64,000 bases of DNA from positions 2,505 to 66,504 of the forward strand of contig JAHYIY010000012.1 of assembly GCA_019429255.1 (NCBI GenBank), read 5' to 3'. Source of the stretch: Desulfuromonadales bacterium (GTDB taxonomy: Bacteria; Desulfobacterota; Desulfuromonadia; Desulfuromonadales; Geopsychrobacteraceae). The position numbers and the translations under genes were made by a program. Below the pieces are notes generated by a model, which saw only the letters and a program-made list of their open reading frames with translations, was not told the DNA's origin and ran no database searches. Of the stretch, positions 49,835 to 60,089 are shown piece by piece (the stretch's first letter is position 1; every line of letters starts with the position of its first letter).

Positions 49835-50878
49835 TTAATGTTGGCGGTTTTTGCGCGTCAGGAAGCGCAACAGTCCGTGACCTATCGGCATCACCAGGCC
49901 AGCGCTGATAATAAGCAGACCGAGAATGTTCATTGACGCGCTTCTGGTTGTGCCGACCATGTAGAAATCGGGTGTACCGTAGAGGGCGTCAAGGACGGCA
50001 CCCTGTTCAACGGTCACTCGCTGATATCCGCCATCGCGGTTTGGGATAGCCAGGAAACTGGTCTGCAGACTTTTCGGTCCGGAGATGTGACAGAAGGTAC
50101 AGTCGTAACGGTTGTCCAGGGTTTTCAAATCATGCGACACATCGCTTGGCACCAGGGTTCCTTCCAGGCGCAGGTTGCGGTACGCCGGGTTGCGATTAAA
50201 GCGGCGCAGTTCCGTCAGCGCGATAAAATTGTCGCCGTTGGTATCGATCAGGCTCAAAATGCCGGCATCACCACTGATCTCTTTTAGTATCTGATATTCG
50301 GGCAATTCAAAGCGGCTAAAGAAACGGTCGTCTTGGCGGACAACAATATTGAGCACAATCTCGTAACCCTCAGAACCGGTATGGCAGGTGATGCACGGCA
50401 GTTTGGCAATATGCAGGTCGGCCTGGGGGAGCCACACCTTGTGGACATCGACCATCGTTTGTGAGTCGTGACACCGGATGCATTTGTCGTTCATGTCGTA
50501 GCCGGCCATCGCTTTCATGGCGCGTGCCTCGTGGGGATTGTGGCAATCACCACAGATGGCGTAGTTGGCATGATCGGTCATCAGGTACTCCTGCCCCAGG
50601 GTATCGTGACAGTCAAGGCATGTCGCTCTGCTCAACTCGCTGACGCCACTGGGGTGGTCATCGCCGATCGTGTCATGGCAGACGACACAGCCGAGCACCG
50701 CGTGGGCGGTGGTGTCAAAGGTTGTCGGCACAATCAGCAGCTCTGCGTTGACCATATCGGCGTCACCGTGACACATCAGACAGTAGTCTGAATCCATGGC
50801 TGCCAGCGCACAGGGGACGAGCAGCAGCGCCCCGAGAAAAGCCGCGAACAACAATTTGCTATCGTAGGAGTGATTCAT
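49835..50878 (-). CDS. cbcA: Hepta-heme cytochrome c with EF-hand and C-terminal anchor, CbcA-like
   Basis: Seven CxxCH motifs; DTNGDNFIALTE EF-hand; signal peptide; C-terminal TM with His. Confidence 0.82.
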   Translation of the reverse strand: MNHSYDSKLLFAAFLGALLLVPCALAAMDSDYCLMCHGDADMVNAELLIVPTTFDTTAHAVLGCVVCHDTIGDDHPSGVSELSRATCLDCHDTLGQEYLMTDHANYAICGDCHNPHEARAMKAMAGYDMNDKCIRCHDSQTMVDVHKVWLPQADLHIAKLPCITCHTGSEGYEIVLNIVVRQDDRFFSRFELPEYQILKEISGDAGILSLIDTNGDNFIALTELRRFNRNPAYRNLRLEGTLVPSDVSHDLKTLDNRYDCTFCHISGPKSLQTSFLAIPNRDGGYQRVTVEQGAVLDALYGTPDFYMVGTTRSASMNILGLLIISAGLVMPIGHGLLRFLTRKNRQH

Positions 50879-50950
50879 GATGTTTCCTTCCTGCGCAGAT
50901 CGTGAAGTGAGACAAGCCGGTCGCATTGACAGCATAACGAGGTTGATCCC

Positions 50951-51199
50951 TCAGCGGATTTTGGCCGGTGCCGTCTTGACTTCTTCCTGCGGCTTTTTCC
51001 CGAAGATCCCTTTTACGATGCCGAAAAGTATCGCCATAAGAGGAGCAAACTGGAGCAGGATGATCAATGCACAGGTTCCCAGGAAGAGATAGGTCAGCAG
51101 CATGCTGTTATCTTCACGTGCACCCGGTTGGGCGAAAGCAGGCAGTGTTGCACAGAGAAACAGACCAATAGTCAGAAGGCTTTGCTTGATTTTTTTCAT
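50951..51199 (-). CDS. Small membrane protein of the cbc operon
   Basis: AGGAG RBS, signal peptide plus TM with a LQFAP motif. Confidence 0.75.
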   Translation of the reverse strand: MKKIKQSLLTIGLFLCATLPAFAQPGAREDNSMLLTYLFLGTCALIILLQFAPLMAILFGIVKGIFGKKPQEEVKTAPAKIR

Positions 51200-51242
51200 G
51201 ACATACTCCTTTTTTCTAGGAACAGTTGCGGCGTTAGTGTGT

Positions 51243-51638
51243 TCAGTTGACTATCAACTGGGCGCCACTCAGTGCACATTCAACAACAGACATCAATTCC
51301 TCATTGTCTTCCTGGTTGACCGGTTTTAAAGCGTGATAGAAGATGCCGTCCTCGCGGATACGGCGCAGGGTCTCCAGCGAACTGTCATCGGAAACCAGAA
51401 TGATGCGCAGGTTTTTGTTGCACCTGCGCATCAGCGCAATGACATCGACGGCGGAAATCTGTTCTTCGAAGCAGTCACCGAGGATGACGATCGGCTGATT
51501 TTTCCTGACAATTTGCGCTATCGCATAGGCAGCGGAATCGGTAGTTATGACCTCGTAGTTGGATTTTTTGAAAAATTCCGCCATTTTTTTCTGTGTTGAA
51601 ACGTCGCGATCAACAATCATGACCTTGCGTGCATACAT
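51243..51638 (-). CDS. Atypical single receiver-domain protein
   Basis: MIVD, ILVS, LKP; VILGD where VILD is expected. Confidence 0.8.
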   Translation of the reverse strand: MYARKVMIVDRDVSTQKKMAEFFKKSNYEVITTDSAAYAIAQIVRKNQPIVILGDCFEEQISAVDVIALMRRCNKNLRIILVSDDSSLETLRRIREDGIFYHALKPVNQEDNEELMSVVECALSGAQLIVN

Positions 51639-51658
51639 GGTCGACTCCCTTGGCTGGT

Positions 51659-51892
51659 TCAGCGGGTTGATTTATCGACTATCGCGTCCCTTCCATCGCA
51701 AGTTTCCTTGATCAGGCCGGAAAACGTCAGCAGCGCTGGTACGCTTTGAAGTCCAATAGTCATGCCGACAAATACGATAAAGAGCTTGGTCAGAAGGGAT
51801 GTTTCGAGGCCCATGCTATCCAACAGAAAGAATCCACTGATGAGCAGCGGTGCTAACACGAGGACAACGCATAATCTGTGAATTCTTTTCAT
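51659..51892 (-). CDS. Small membrane protein of the cbc operon
   Basis: GGAGG RBS, two TM helices, LQSVP motif similar to that of 50951-51199. Confidence 0.7.
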   Translation of the reverse strand: MKRIHRLCVVLVLAPLLISGFFLLDSMGLETSLLTKLFIVFVGMTIGLQSVPALLTFSGLIKETCDGRDAIVDKSTR

Positions 51893-51940
51893 GAGAGCCT
51901 CCGTCATTGAAAGGGATTTATTATCTTATCTGGACAATAA

Positions 51941-51955
51941 GCAAGTTAAGTGCCA
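51941..51955 (-). promoter_or_regulatory. sigma54 promoter of the cbc operon
   Basis: TGGCAC-TTAAC-TTGC, a perfect consensus match; IHF-like TAGCAAGATGTTA at 51996-52008. Confidence 0.85.
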
Positions 51956-52073
51956 CCACTGAGGAATTCCCGTTTTTATTGGAAAAGTCGCTATATAGCA
52001 AGATGTTACGAGATTTGTCAGTAGGCGGTTCTGGAGGAAAACAGGTCAGGCTGGTACGAAAAGCCGGGGCTGA

Positions 52074-52110
52074 TTCCTGCCGGACAGGAAAATTCTCCTG
52101 GGTCAGGAAT
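52074..52110. promoter_or_regulatory. Candidate enhancer (UAS) 2
   Basis: TTCCTG-N5-CAGGAAAATTCTCCTG-GGT-CAGGAAT. Confidence 0.65.
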
Positions 52111-52156
52111 CAGCCATCAGGCAGGGTCGCCGGAAAAGAGGTGGGGGTTGTTTTTT

Positions 52157-53095
52157 TTACAGCCCTTTTTTGCGGGCCGCCGACAGATGGAGGGTCTGGA
52201 TGCGGATATGGGCTGGCAGATCTTTGGCATAAAGGGTTTTCTGTTCACGGCTACAGAGCAGTGACTGCTCCAGAGTATTGATCAATTCGCGGACGTTGCC
52301 CGGCCATGAATAGAGTGCCAGCAGATCGAGATATTCCGGGGACAACTGTTTCTCGGCTACGCCGGATATTTCACAACAGCGGCGCAGATAATAACGCGCC
52401 AGCCGCTCAATATCGCTGCCGCGGCTGGCCAGGTCAGGCAAGGCGATGTGGCAATTACGCAGTTGCTCGAGCAAAAGGGGAGAAAACTTTCCCTGTTGTA
52501 CCAACACATCAGGGTCGTTGCGCGTCAAGCTGATCAGACGACAGGCTGCCGGTTGTTGTAACAGGCTCAAGAGGTGACTCTGCGCGGCAGTTTGCAGATC
52601 ATCAATATCTTCCAGAATCAGGCTGCCGTTGTCTGCTTCATGGAAGAAGTCCCAGGTCCGTGCCATGGCGTCAGGATTGTTTAGCAGGCCGCAGGGAACG
52701 GTGATCAGGGGGCGCTGTGAGCGCTTGCCCTGTTGATGGATTGCCCGGGCAAAAAGACTTTTTCCGCTTCCGGTGGCCCCCTGGATCAGCACTGCCTCAT
52801 CCATCTCAGCCATGGAGCGAACCAGTCCAGCGGCGACCCGTATGCGTGAATCTTCGCCAATAATTGTTGGCAGCGGTGGGTTGTTGCCTGCAGCCTGGTG
52901 GCTGCTACGCCGCAGAATCAGTTCCTGTCCGACAAGACAAAGCTCAACTTGCGCAAGGTTGAGATCGGGCAGATCAACGCGGATTTTCAGTTGACACAAC
53001 AGTCCGATCAGTTGTTCCAGGCCCTGATGCGCCAGATAGAGCTGCTCGACGAGGGGCCTGAGCTCAGGGATATGGAGCTCGTACTCTTGTGCCAT
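52157..53095 (-). CDS. Degenerate sigma54-activator AAA+ protein (no GAFTGA, no HTH)
   Basis: GATGSGKS, ILEDID and WPGNVREL present; ESELFG/GAFTGA loop absent; ends before the HTH. Confidence 0.75.
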   Translation of the reverse strand: MAQEYELHIPELRPLVEQLYLAHQGLEQLIGLLCQLKIRVDLPDLNLAQVELCLVGQELILRRSSHQAAGNNPPLPTIIGEDSRIRVAAGLVRSMAEMDEAVLIQGATGSGKSLFARAIHQQGKRSQRPLITVPCGLLNNPDAMARTWDFFHEADNGSLILEDIDDLQTAAQSHLLSLLQQPAACRLISLTRNDPDVLVQQGKFSPLLLEQLRNCHIALPDLASRGSDIERLARYYLRRCCEISGVAEKQLSPEYLDLLALYSWPGNVRELINTLEQSLLCSREQKTLYAKDLPAHIRIQTLHLSAARKKGL

Positions 53096-53198
53096 GGCAT
53101 ACCCGCCTTTCCGGTGAGAATGTCTTTGTTGCCTTTGTCCCTCGGCAAGTATGCATAAGCCGCGCCAACCGGCAGGTGAGCGGGGCGCGTGGGGCGGA

Positions 53199-54614
53199 TC
53201 AGGTCTTGCGGTTGATGTCGTGCTTTTTCAGCAGGGCGTACAGCCGTGATTGCGACAGTCCGGAGATATTACAGGCGCTGCTGATCTCTGTTCGGGTGAA
53301 AGCCATCAGGGTATTCAGGTATTGTCGTTCCGCCCGGATTAATGCCTCTTCACGATAATCCTGCAGCGGCGGAAGGGAGCCCGGTGCGCCATTCAGCGTT
53401 GGCAATTCCGGTTCGTTGTTGCCTTTTTCCAGGGACGCGCGGCGCACATGAACGCGGATGTGGCTCGGCAGGTGCTGCGGGAAGAGAGTTGGATCGTAGT
53501 GCGCAGCGGTGAGGGTTCTTTCCAGCGTGTTGACCAGTTCACGGACGTTGCCGGGCCAGGGGTAGAGCATCAGCATTTCCAGAAATTCTGCGTCCAGTCC
53601 CTTGGGGCCACAGCCGTGCTGTTCGCAGAAGCGGTCGACATAGTGGCGGGTCAGTGCCTTGATATCGTCTTTGCGTTTACGTAAAGAGGGCAGCTCGATC
53701 ACGAAGGAGCGTAAGCGGAACAGCAGGTCGCTGCGAAAGGACCCTTCCGCAGCCATAGCATCCAGATCACGATTGGTTGCGGCGATCAGGCGAAAATCAC
53801 TTTCAACCTCGTGCGTCGCCCCCAAAGGGCGAAAGCGATGTTCCTGCAGTACCCGCAGAAAGGCTTTTTGCAGGTTCATTGGCAACTCACCAACTTCGTC
53901 GAGGAACAGGGTGCCTTTGTGTGCTTGCTTCACCAGGCCGTCACGCGCGCGTTCTGCGCCGGTAAAGGCCCCCTTTTCGTGGCCGAAGAGCAGGCTTTCC
54001 ACCAGGGTTTCCGGCAGGGCAGTACAGTCAACGACGACGAAATTCTGGTTGCGCCGGGCGCTGTTAGCGTGAACTGCGCGGGCAAACAGTTCCTTGCCGG
54101 TACCGGTTTCGCCGCTGATAAAAACGTGAGCGTCGCTGCCGGCTGACTGGGCGACCAGTTCGAGACAGGCATTGAGGGCAGGACTGTTGCCGATGATGTC
54201 GGCGCGCTGCAGGGGAACCGCTTTTGTGACACGTAGCGCCTCCTGCTTTTCCTTGCGATATTGCAGGGCACGCTCCAGCGACAAGGTGATCTCTTTGATG
54301 GAAAAGCCCTTTTCGATATAGTCCCAGGCACCACTTTTGATGGCCAGTTCGGCACCGTCGGGGTCACCGAACCCGGTAATAATAATCACTTCCGGTGCCG
54401 AGGGTGCTGCGTCAATTTGCGCCAGGAAATCCAGCCCATTGCCGTCCGGCATCATGACATCAAGAAAGACAATATCGAAATCCTGCGTTTCAGCCAGTTC
54501 TCTTCCCTGCTGGAGGGTTGTCGCGCAGGTTGCCGCATGGCCTTTACGCTGAATCAGTGCCGACAGGGTCGCGCACATCATTTCATCATCATCAATAACC
54601 AGGATCTTGTTCAT
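53199..54614 (-). CDS. NtrC-family sigma54 response regulator (BccR-like position)
   Basis: Receiver (IDDD, FLDVMMPD), GETGTGKE, GAFTGA, C-terminal HTH. Confidence 0.93.
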   Translation of the reverse strand: MNKILVIDDDEMMCATLSALIQRKGHAATCATTLQQGRELAETQDFDIVFLDVMMPDGNGLDFLAQIDAAPSAPEVIIITGFGDPDGAELAIKSGAWDYIEKGFSIKEITLSLERALQYRKEKQEALRVTKAVPLQRADIIGNSPALNACLELVAQSAGSDAHVFISGETGTGKELFARAVHANSARRNQNFVVVDCTALPETLVESLLFGHEKGAFTGAERARDGLVKQAHKGTLFLDEVGELPMNLQKAFLRVLQEHRFRPLGATHEVESDFRLIAATNRDLDAMAAEGSFRSDLLFRLRSFVIELPSLRKRKDDIKALTRHYVDRFCEQHGCGPKGLDAEFLEMLMLYPWPGNVRELVNTLERTLTAAHYDPTLFPQHLPSHIRVHVRRASLEKGNNEPELPTLNGAPGSLPPLQDYREEALIRAERQYLNTLMAFTRTEISSACNISGLSQSRLYALLKKHDINRKT

Positions 54615-56947
54615 GCTTCTCCCCGCGCTACAGGGGTTGTTTTGGCCCTCAGCAGCTGTTCTACGGTTGCCAGCAGTTCGCTGCGTCTGACCGGTTTGAG
54701 CAGCAAACTGCTGATACCCAGCGCTGCTACATTGACATCACTAACGGCGGGGTCGGTCTCTGGTGATGAGCCGCTGCAAAGGATTATTGGCAGATCCGGC
54801 CGGATTTTCAGGGCCTCCGCCGCAAGTTGGGTGCCGGTCAGATGGGGCATGGTCTGGTCGCTAATCAGCACATCGCAGGCGAAGGTCTCCTGCCGCAGCA
54901 GATCAAGCACGGCCCGGCTGTCGGTGTGTGGCGTTACCTGGTAACCGCACCGCTCCAGGACGATTTTCATGGTAGTGACATAGTCGGCTTCGTCATCCAC
55001 GAACAGGATCTGTCCCTTGCCGCTGCCGGGCTGCGTTGTCGTGGCTGTGGCTGTTCCGCCTGCGGTGGCCGTCGTCACCGGCAATAGAACGCTAAAGGTG
55101 GTGCCGTCCCCAGCAATACTCACGGCGGAAATGTGGCCTTTATGCGCTTTGACGATGCCGTGAGCGATGGACAGACCAAGTCCGGTGCCTTTGCCCTGTT
55201 GCTTGGTGGTGAAAAAGGGATCGAAGATACGATCGAGAACTTCTCGATCCATGCCGTGGCCGTTATCGGTGACCATCATGCGCACATAGTCGCCACTGGG
55301 CAGATCAGGATAGTTGGTCCCGCCATTCTCGGTCAGGGTGATTTCGTCAAGACTGATATCAAGGACTCCGCTGTGTCCGGTCATCGCGTCGGCGGCGTTG
55401 GTGCACAGGTTCATGATGACCTGGTGGATCTGGGTCGGATCGGCATTGACCAGGCTGAGTTGCGCAGGGATTTGTTGCTGCAGCCTTATGGTGGACGGCA
55501 GGGTTGGGCGTAGCATACTGATGCATTCCTCCACCACCTGGGTCAGGCAGATTGGCTGTTGTGGTTGTTCGCTCTTGCGACTGATGGTCAGGAACTGGCG
55601 AACCAGACTCTTGCCGCGCAGGCCGGCCTTGAGGATCAGTTCCAGGCAAGGGCGCTGCGGATCGTGCTGGGGGGTGTCTTCCAGAGACATCTCGGCGTTG
55701 GTGATGATGATCGCCAGGATATTGTTGAAATCGTGGGCAATCCCGCCGGAAAGGGTTGCGAGGGCCTCCATTTTTTGGGCCTGGCGCAACTGGCGTTGTA
55801 AAACCACTTCCTGGCTGATATCTCGAACGGTGGCAACATAGCGGATGACGCTGCCGTTGGCGGCGACAACAGGAGCAATCCAGGCGGCGATGTCGTAGGT
55901 GCTGCCGTCTCTGCGTTTGTTGATAAAGTGCCCCGACAGGGCCTGGTTGCTTGAAAAAACTTTAAGGATAGCGCGGTAAAATTCGGGATTGCGGCGTGAG
56001 CATTCAAAGTGATGGAGAGCGACTCCGAGAGACTCGTCTTCCGGAATCCCGCACAGCTGAACGAAGCTGGAGTTGACGTACTGGATAGTACCGCCGGGGT
56101 CGAAGGTGATGATCCCGTCAGATGTTTGATCCATGGCAACAGCCAGCATCAGGCGCTCTTCTGTTTCCAGGCGGTGTCGTGCCTGCATGCGCAGGGTCTT
56201 GATGCCGTAGGAAAGATCCTCCGCCATCTCCGCCAGCAGTTCCGCCTTGTCCTGCGTGAATGCATTAGTCTGCCCGTTAAAGATAATCAATGCGCCGAAA
56301 ACCTGCTCATTGTCCTTCAGGGGCAGGGCAATGCAGGAAGCATAGCCGTATTTGCGTGCCTGCTGGTGCCAGGGGGCAAAGCGCACGTCGCCGAGAAGAT
56401 TTTGAAAAATAACGATTTCGCCGGTACGAATACAGGTGCCTGCCGGTCCCCGGCCGATATCGCTGTCAGCTGACCAGCTGGCCTGGAGATTTTCCAGGTA
56501 CACATTGTCGGCGCCCCAATGGGCCGCCGGTTTCAGGCTTTTTTTTGTGTCATCTTCTTTGAAGGCAACCCAGGCCATGCGATGTCCCCCGACCTCGACA
56601 CAAATGCGGCAGATCTCCTGCATCAGGGTCTCTTCATCTTCCAGCCTGGTGATTGCCCTTGAGCATTCACTGACGCTTCTTAGGGAACGGTTGACTCTTT
56701 GCAGGGATTTCTGGGTTTGCGAAACCGCTGCTTCCCAGAAGCGCAACAGCCAGTAAAGCATGATCGCGGAAAATATGATGAAGAACCAGTGTCCGAAATT
56801 TGTTGAATGCTGACTGATATCGGGACGATTGAGCAGGATTGCGAAAAGATGGTCCGAAAACAGGTTCCAGAAGGCACTGACAGCAATAAAAACCAGGGTG
56901 ACAACGATAGCGGTAGGACGATCGGATGTTGTTGCAGTAGTTGTCAT
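54611..56947 (-). CDS. Hybrid sensor histidine kinase (TM-GAF-PAS-HisKA-HATPase-REC)
   Basis: [39 protein letters not shown]. Confidence 0.93.
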   Translation of the reverse strand: MTTTATTSDRPTAIVVTLVFIAVSAFWNLFSDHLFAILLNRPDISQHSTNFGHWFFIIFSAIMLYWLLRFWEAAVSQTQKSLQRVNRSLRSVSECSRAITRLEDEETLMQEICRICVEVGGHRMAWVAFKEDDTKKSLKPAAHWGADNVYLENLQASWSADSDIGRGPAGTCIRTGEIVIFQNLLGDVRFAPWHQQARKYGYASCIALPLKDNEQVFGALIIFNGQTNAFTQDKAELLAEMAEDLSYGIKTLRMQARHRLETEERLMLAVAMDQTSDGIITFDPGGTIQYVNSSFVQLCGIPEDESLGVALHHFECSRRNPEFYRAILKVFSSNQALSGHFINKRRDGSTYDIAAWIAPVVAANGSVIRYVATVRDISQEVVLQRQLRQAQKMEALATLSGGIAHDFNNILAIIITNAEMSLEDTPQHDPQRPCLELILKAGLRGKSLVRQFLTISRKSEQPQQPICLTQVVEECISMLRPTLPSTIRLQQQIPAQLSLVNADPTQIHQVIMNLCTNAADAMTGHSGVLDISLDEITLTENGGTNYPDLPSGDYVRMMVTDNGHGMDREVLDRIFDPFFTTKQQGKGTGLGLSIAHGIVKAHKGHISAVSIAGDGTTFSVLLPVTTATAGGTATATTTQPGSGKGQILFVDDEADYVTTMKIVLERCGYQVTPHTDSRAVLDLLRQETFACDVLISDQTMPHLTGTQLAAEALKIRPDLPIILCSGSSPETDPAVSDVNVAALGISSLLLKPVRRSELLATVEQLLRAKTTPVARGEA

Positions 56948-57240
56948 GGGCCCGATCTTTCAGGGATTAGCCGCGATGGCTGAAAGCAATAGGGACTGTA
57001 GTTCAGCATTAGAATTAGTAACAAAAATAACGGGTAAGTCAATCTGATTCAGCGTTGGCCTGTGCTGATGGCTACCGTCAGCCCTGGTAGTCATACTACT
57101 CAGTATGAGTAACTATGTGCTAGTTAAGATGCTCGGGGGGTGTTGAGGCTCTCGGTGAGGCTGGTGCCCTGTTTTTTTATACTTATATAACATAATGATA
57201 ATAAAGAAGAAAATTGTTTTTAATCTGTTGTTTTCAGGTT

Positions 57241-57255
57241 TGGCACAGGTCCTGC
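57241..57255 (+). promoter_or_regulatory. sigma54 promoter upstream of the glutamate synthase remnant
   Basis: TGGCAC-AGGTC-CTGC; AT-rich tract and palindromes ACTCA-N3-TGAGT and TAACTA-N5-TAGTTA upstream (57097-57126). Confidence 0.6.
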
Positions 57256-57331
57256 CTTGATTGTGAGCGCGCATAGTGCGTAGCTACACGCTGACATTGT
57301 CCCTGATTTGAACTCTTCAAGGAGTTTTCCT

Positions 57332-58121
57332 ATGTGTCGCATCGGTGCCATCAAGAGTCTGAACTACGTGCATCCCAGTATGGCGCTGCAGCTCGATATG
57401 ATTGAAGACCCGGCCGGCATCCTGATCAAGATCGGTCAGGGCGCCAAAACCGGCGATGGTGGATTGCTCCAGGCCGGCAAGGTGGCCAAACATATCCAGG
57501 AGAACCGCGGCGTGCCCAAGGCCGATCTGCTAAGCCCTCCCAACCATCAGGGACTCTATTCCATTAAGAAAAGTGTGCAGAAGATGTTCCTGTCCCTCAA
57601 TGCCGCCTTCAAGTTTCGGGTAGCGGTGGCGATCAAGGTCGCCGCTTCAGCCACCAGCGTCAGCGTATTTAACAATCTGGTGCGTGACCCCTACAATATC
57701 GTGGGTGGCTTCTTTCTTGACGGGATCGACGGCGGTACCGGCGCCGCCCATGAAGTCAGCCTCGATCACACCGGCCACCCCATTGTCAGCAAAATGTGTG
57801 ACTGTTACATGGAGAAACGCCGGCCGCCAAAAAAAAGCATCAGCTATTACTGTTGAGAGCCTGAGCAAGGAACTCTATCGCCCCCAGAATCGCGGCCGCT
57901 TCGAGGCCAGCGCCGCCGGCGAACGCTCACGGTGTATGTCGTGCGGCAGTTGCCGCGACTGCACCATGTGCCTGGAAGTCTGCCCCGAAGGGGCGATCCG
58001 CCGGGTTGAAGATGAAAAGGGCAAATTCGAGTATGTTTCCGATGGCGAATATTGCATCGGTTGCGGCATCTGCGCCGGTATCTGTCCGTGTGGTATCTGG
58101 GGGATGGAGCAGGTAGTGTAA
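57332..58121 (+). pseudogene. Collapsed split-type glutamate synthase operon remnant
   Basis: MCRIGAIKS (GATase N-terminus), KIGQGAKTGDGG..SPPNHQGLYSI..DGGTGAA (FMN domain piece), RCMSCGSCRDC..CIGCGIC (Fe-S C-terminus, other frame). Confidence 0.75.
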
Positions 58122-58153
58122 GCACAGAATGCCCTTCAATCGCCATAATCATT

Positions 58154-58233
58154 GCCACCAAGGCACCAAGAAGACCAGGAGAAGCTAAGCTTTTGTTATA
58201 GGATTTTCTTGGAGGACTTGGAGCCTTGGTGGC
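58154..58233. repeat. CCAAG periodic palindrome, copy 3
   Basis: GCCACCAAGGCACCAAGAAGACCAGG ... CTTGGAGGACTTGGAGCCTTGGTGGC. Confidence 0.85.
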
Positions 58234-58331
58234 TTAATATGGTTAATTGGATGGGACTGTCACCGTCGTATAATTGACTGACAGGTCTAATGTGGATTAC
58301 TATAGCTATAACTATCCACATGGAGGTGTTG

Positions 58332-58565
58332 ATGAAAACCGTTCAGATGACATTGGACGAAGATCTGCTCGAAGCGGTTGACCTGGTATCAGCAAAGCTG
58401 AATACCAGCAGGTCGGCATTCGCCCGTCATGCCCTTAAAGACGCGGTCGAGCGCTATTATATCCAGCAACGCGAGCAGCAACAACGTGAGGGGTATCTGC
58501 GCCATCCCGTCGCCAGAGAAGAATTTGGAGACTGGGAAAATGAGCAACAATGGGGCGATGAATGA
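58332..58565 (+). CDS. RHH/CopG antitoxin
   Basis: MKTVQMTLDEDLL..SRSAFAR.AL; operator TGTGGAT..ATCCACA at 58291-58320. Confidence 0.88.
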   Translation: MKTVQMTLDEDLLEAVDLVSAKLNTSRSAFARHALKDAVERYYIQQREQQQREGYLRHPVAREEFGDWENEQQWGDE

Positions 58566-58882
58566 AGCGCGGAGAAGTTCGCTGGTACAAATTTAATCAG
58601 CCTGACAAACAACGGCCGGTTCTGGTGTTAACACGTGATTCCATTATTGAATATTTAGGCGACATCACGATCGCACCAGTCACCACCAGAATCAGAAACA
58701 TCCCCTCAGAAGTTGTTCTGACCCCTGAAGAGGGCATGCCGCAGCTCTGTGCCGTCAACTGTGATCATCTTCAGACCGTGCAGAAATCGCGTTTGGGAGC
58801 AGTGGTCACATCGCTCACCAAGAGCAAAATGCAGGAAGTGTCACAGGCGTTGGCTTTTGCCCTGGATTTGCATAACTGCTGA
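58562..58882 (+). CDS. mazF: PemK/MazF toxin
   Basis: MKRGEV, KQRPVLVL, APVTT, NCDHLQTV. Confidence 0.9.
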   Translation: MKRGEVRWYKFNQPDKQRPVLVLTRDSIIEYLGDITIAPVTTRIRNIPSEVVLTPEEGMPQLCAVNCDHLQTVQKSRLGAVVTSLTKSKMQEVSQALAFALDLHNC

Positions 58883-59012
58883 CGGCGGGATATACAAATT
58901 GTCCGCCATCGGTATGGTTGTAGATTGTTTGATGGAGAATCAGAAGGGGTAGTTTGTGGTTAGTTATTTAAGAGAATGTCCCTCCAGCTGTACAGGTTGC
59001 CTGCTTGATAAC

Positions 59013-59044
59013 ATATAGTGACCATGGTATCGTGGTCACTATAT
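59013..59044. promoter_or_regulatory. Operator palindrome of phd-vapC
   Basis: ATATAGTGACCATG-GTAT-CGTGGTCACTATAT. Confidence 0.7.
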
Positions 59045-59065
59045 CACTTTCATCAGGAGGAGGCC

Positions 59066-59299
59066 ATGTCGGAAGTCGTTTCGAAATCTCAATTTAAACC
59101 GCGGGCATTGGAATATTTCCGCAAAGTTGAAGATCAAGGTCGGGAATTAATCATCACCGATCACAACCAGCCGGTTATTAAAATTATTCCTTATCAGAAA
59201 GAGCCTCATCAGGTTCTGCGCGAGTTGCGCAACAGCGTTCGGCGCTATGAGCAACCTTTAGACCCCGTCGCTGAAAATGATTGGGAGGCCCTGCAGTGA
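59066..59299 (+). CDS. Phd/YefM-family antitoxin
   Basis: VSKSQFK..LEYFRKVE..LIITDHNQPV; GGAGG RBS. Confidence 0.85.
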   Translation: MSEVVSKSQFKPRALEYFRKVEDQGRELIITDHNQPVIKIIPYQKEPHQVLRELRNSVRRYEQPLDPVAENDWEALQ

Positions 59300-59691
59300 T
59301 TGTTCTTGATACCCATGTCTGGCTGTGGTGGTTAAGTAACCCGGAAAAGTTATCACCACCGGCCGAAAAGGCGATTGCTGCGGCTATAGGGGAAAATGGC
59401 ATTGTGATCTCTTCCATCTCAAGTTGGGAGATCACTCTGTTGGTGAAACGTGGTCGCCTTGAATTGGCTATCGATCATCGCGATTGGATCAGCAAGACGC
59501 AAGGATTGCCATTTGTTCAATTTGCCCCGGTAGACAATATTATTGCCTTGCGCTCGGTAGATTTGCCCGGCGATTTTCATGCAGATCCTGCCGATCGTAT
59601 CATCACTGCCACCGCCATGACGATGGCTCTCCCCCTGATTACCTGCGATCATAAAATCATCAGCTATCCGCACCTGCAGACAATCTGGTAA
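59296..59691 (+). CDS. vapC: VapC PIN-domain toxin
   Basis: VLDTHVWLW, SSISSWEI, HADPADRII, LITCD. Confidence 0.92.
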   Translation: MIVLDTHVWLWWLSNPEKLSPPAEKAIAAAIGENGIVISSISSWEITLLVKRGRLELAIDHRDWISKTQGLPFVQFAPVDNIIALRSVDLPGDFHADPADRIITATAMTMALPLITCDHKIISYPHLQTIW

Positions 59692-59721
59692 ACGGCCTGA
59701 TCCTGTCTGGTAAAGGCTAAC

Positions 59722-59949
59722 CCCGATTCAAGAGCATTTTGCCGCGATGAAAATCCATGAAAATCTGTAGGTAAAACCTTTGCTGCTGAAATTTTTGGCT
59801 GTGTTTAAATTTAACAGACCTTGATAGATGTTGATCGCGGCAAAAAACTGGTTTTTCTCTCCGCCACTCCCTCCCAGCGTCTGCGTTGTGGCTTTTTGAT
59901 TCAGCAATTAAACAATGCCCACTCGTCTCGCCAATAAAAGCTATATGGT
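59722..59949 (+). repeat. ~230-bp direct repeat, copy A (contains TTTTGCCGCGAT palindrome 59737-59845)
   Basis: Near-identical to 63062-63299. Confidence 0.92.
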
Positions 59950-59950
59950 G

Positions 59951-60043
59951 TTCTGCGACTTCGCGCAGGATGACACAGAAGGACGTTGACTGGAAAAAAA
60001 CGAGTGTCATTCTGCGCGGAGCTAGGCGTAGTCGCAGAATCCA
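59951..60043. repeat. REP-like inverted pair
   Basis: TTCTGCGACTTCGCGCAGGATGACA ... TGTCATTCTGCGCGGAGCTAGGCGTAGTCGCAGAATCCA. Confidence 0.7.
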
Positions 60044-60089
60044 TATCCTGTTTTCTGATTTACTGGAGTCAAATAGATAACCAGATTTC

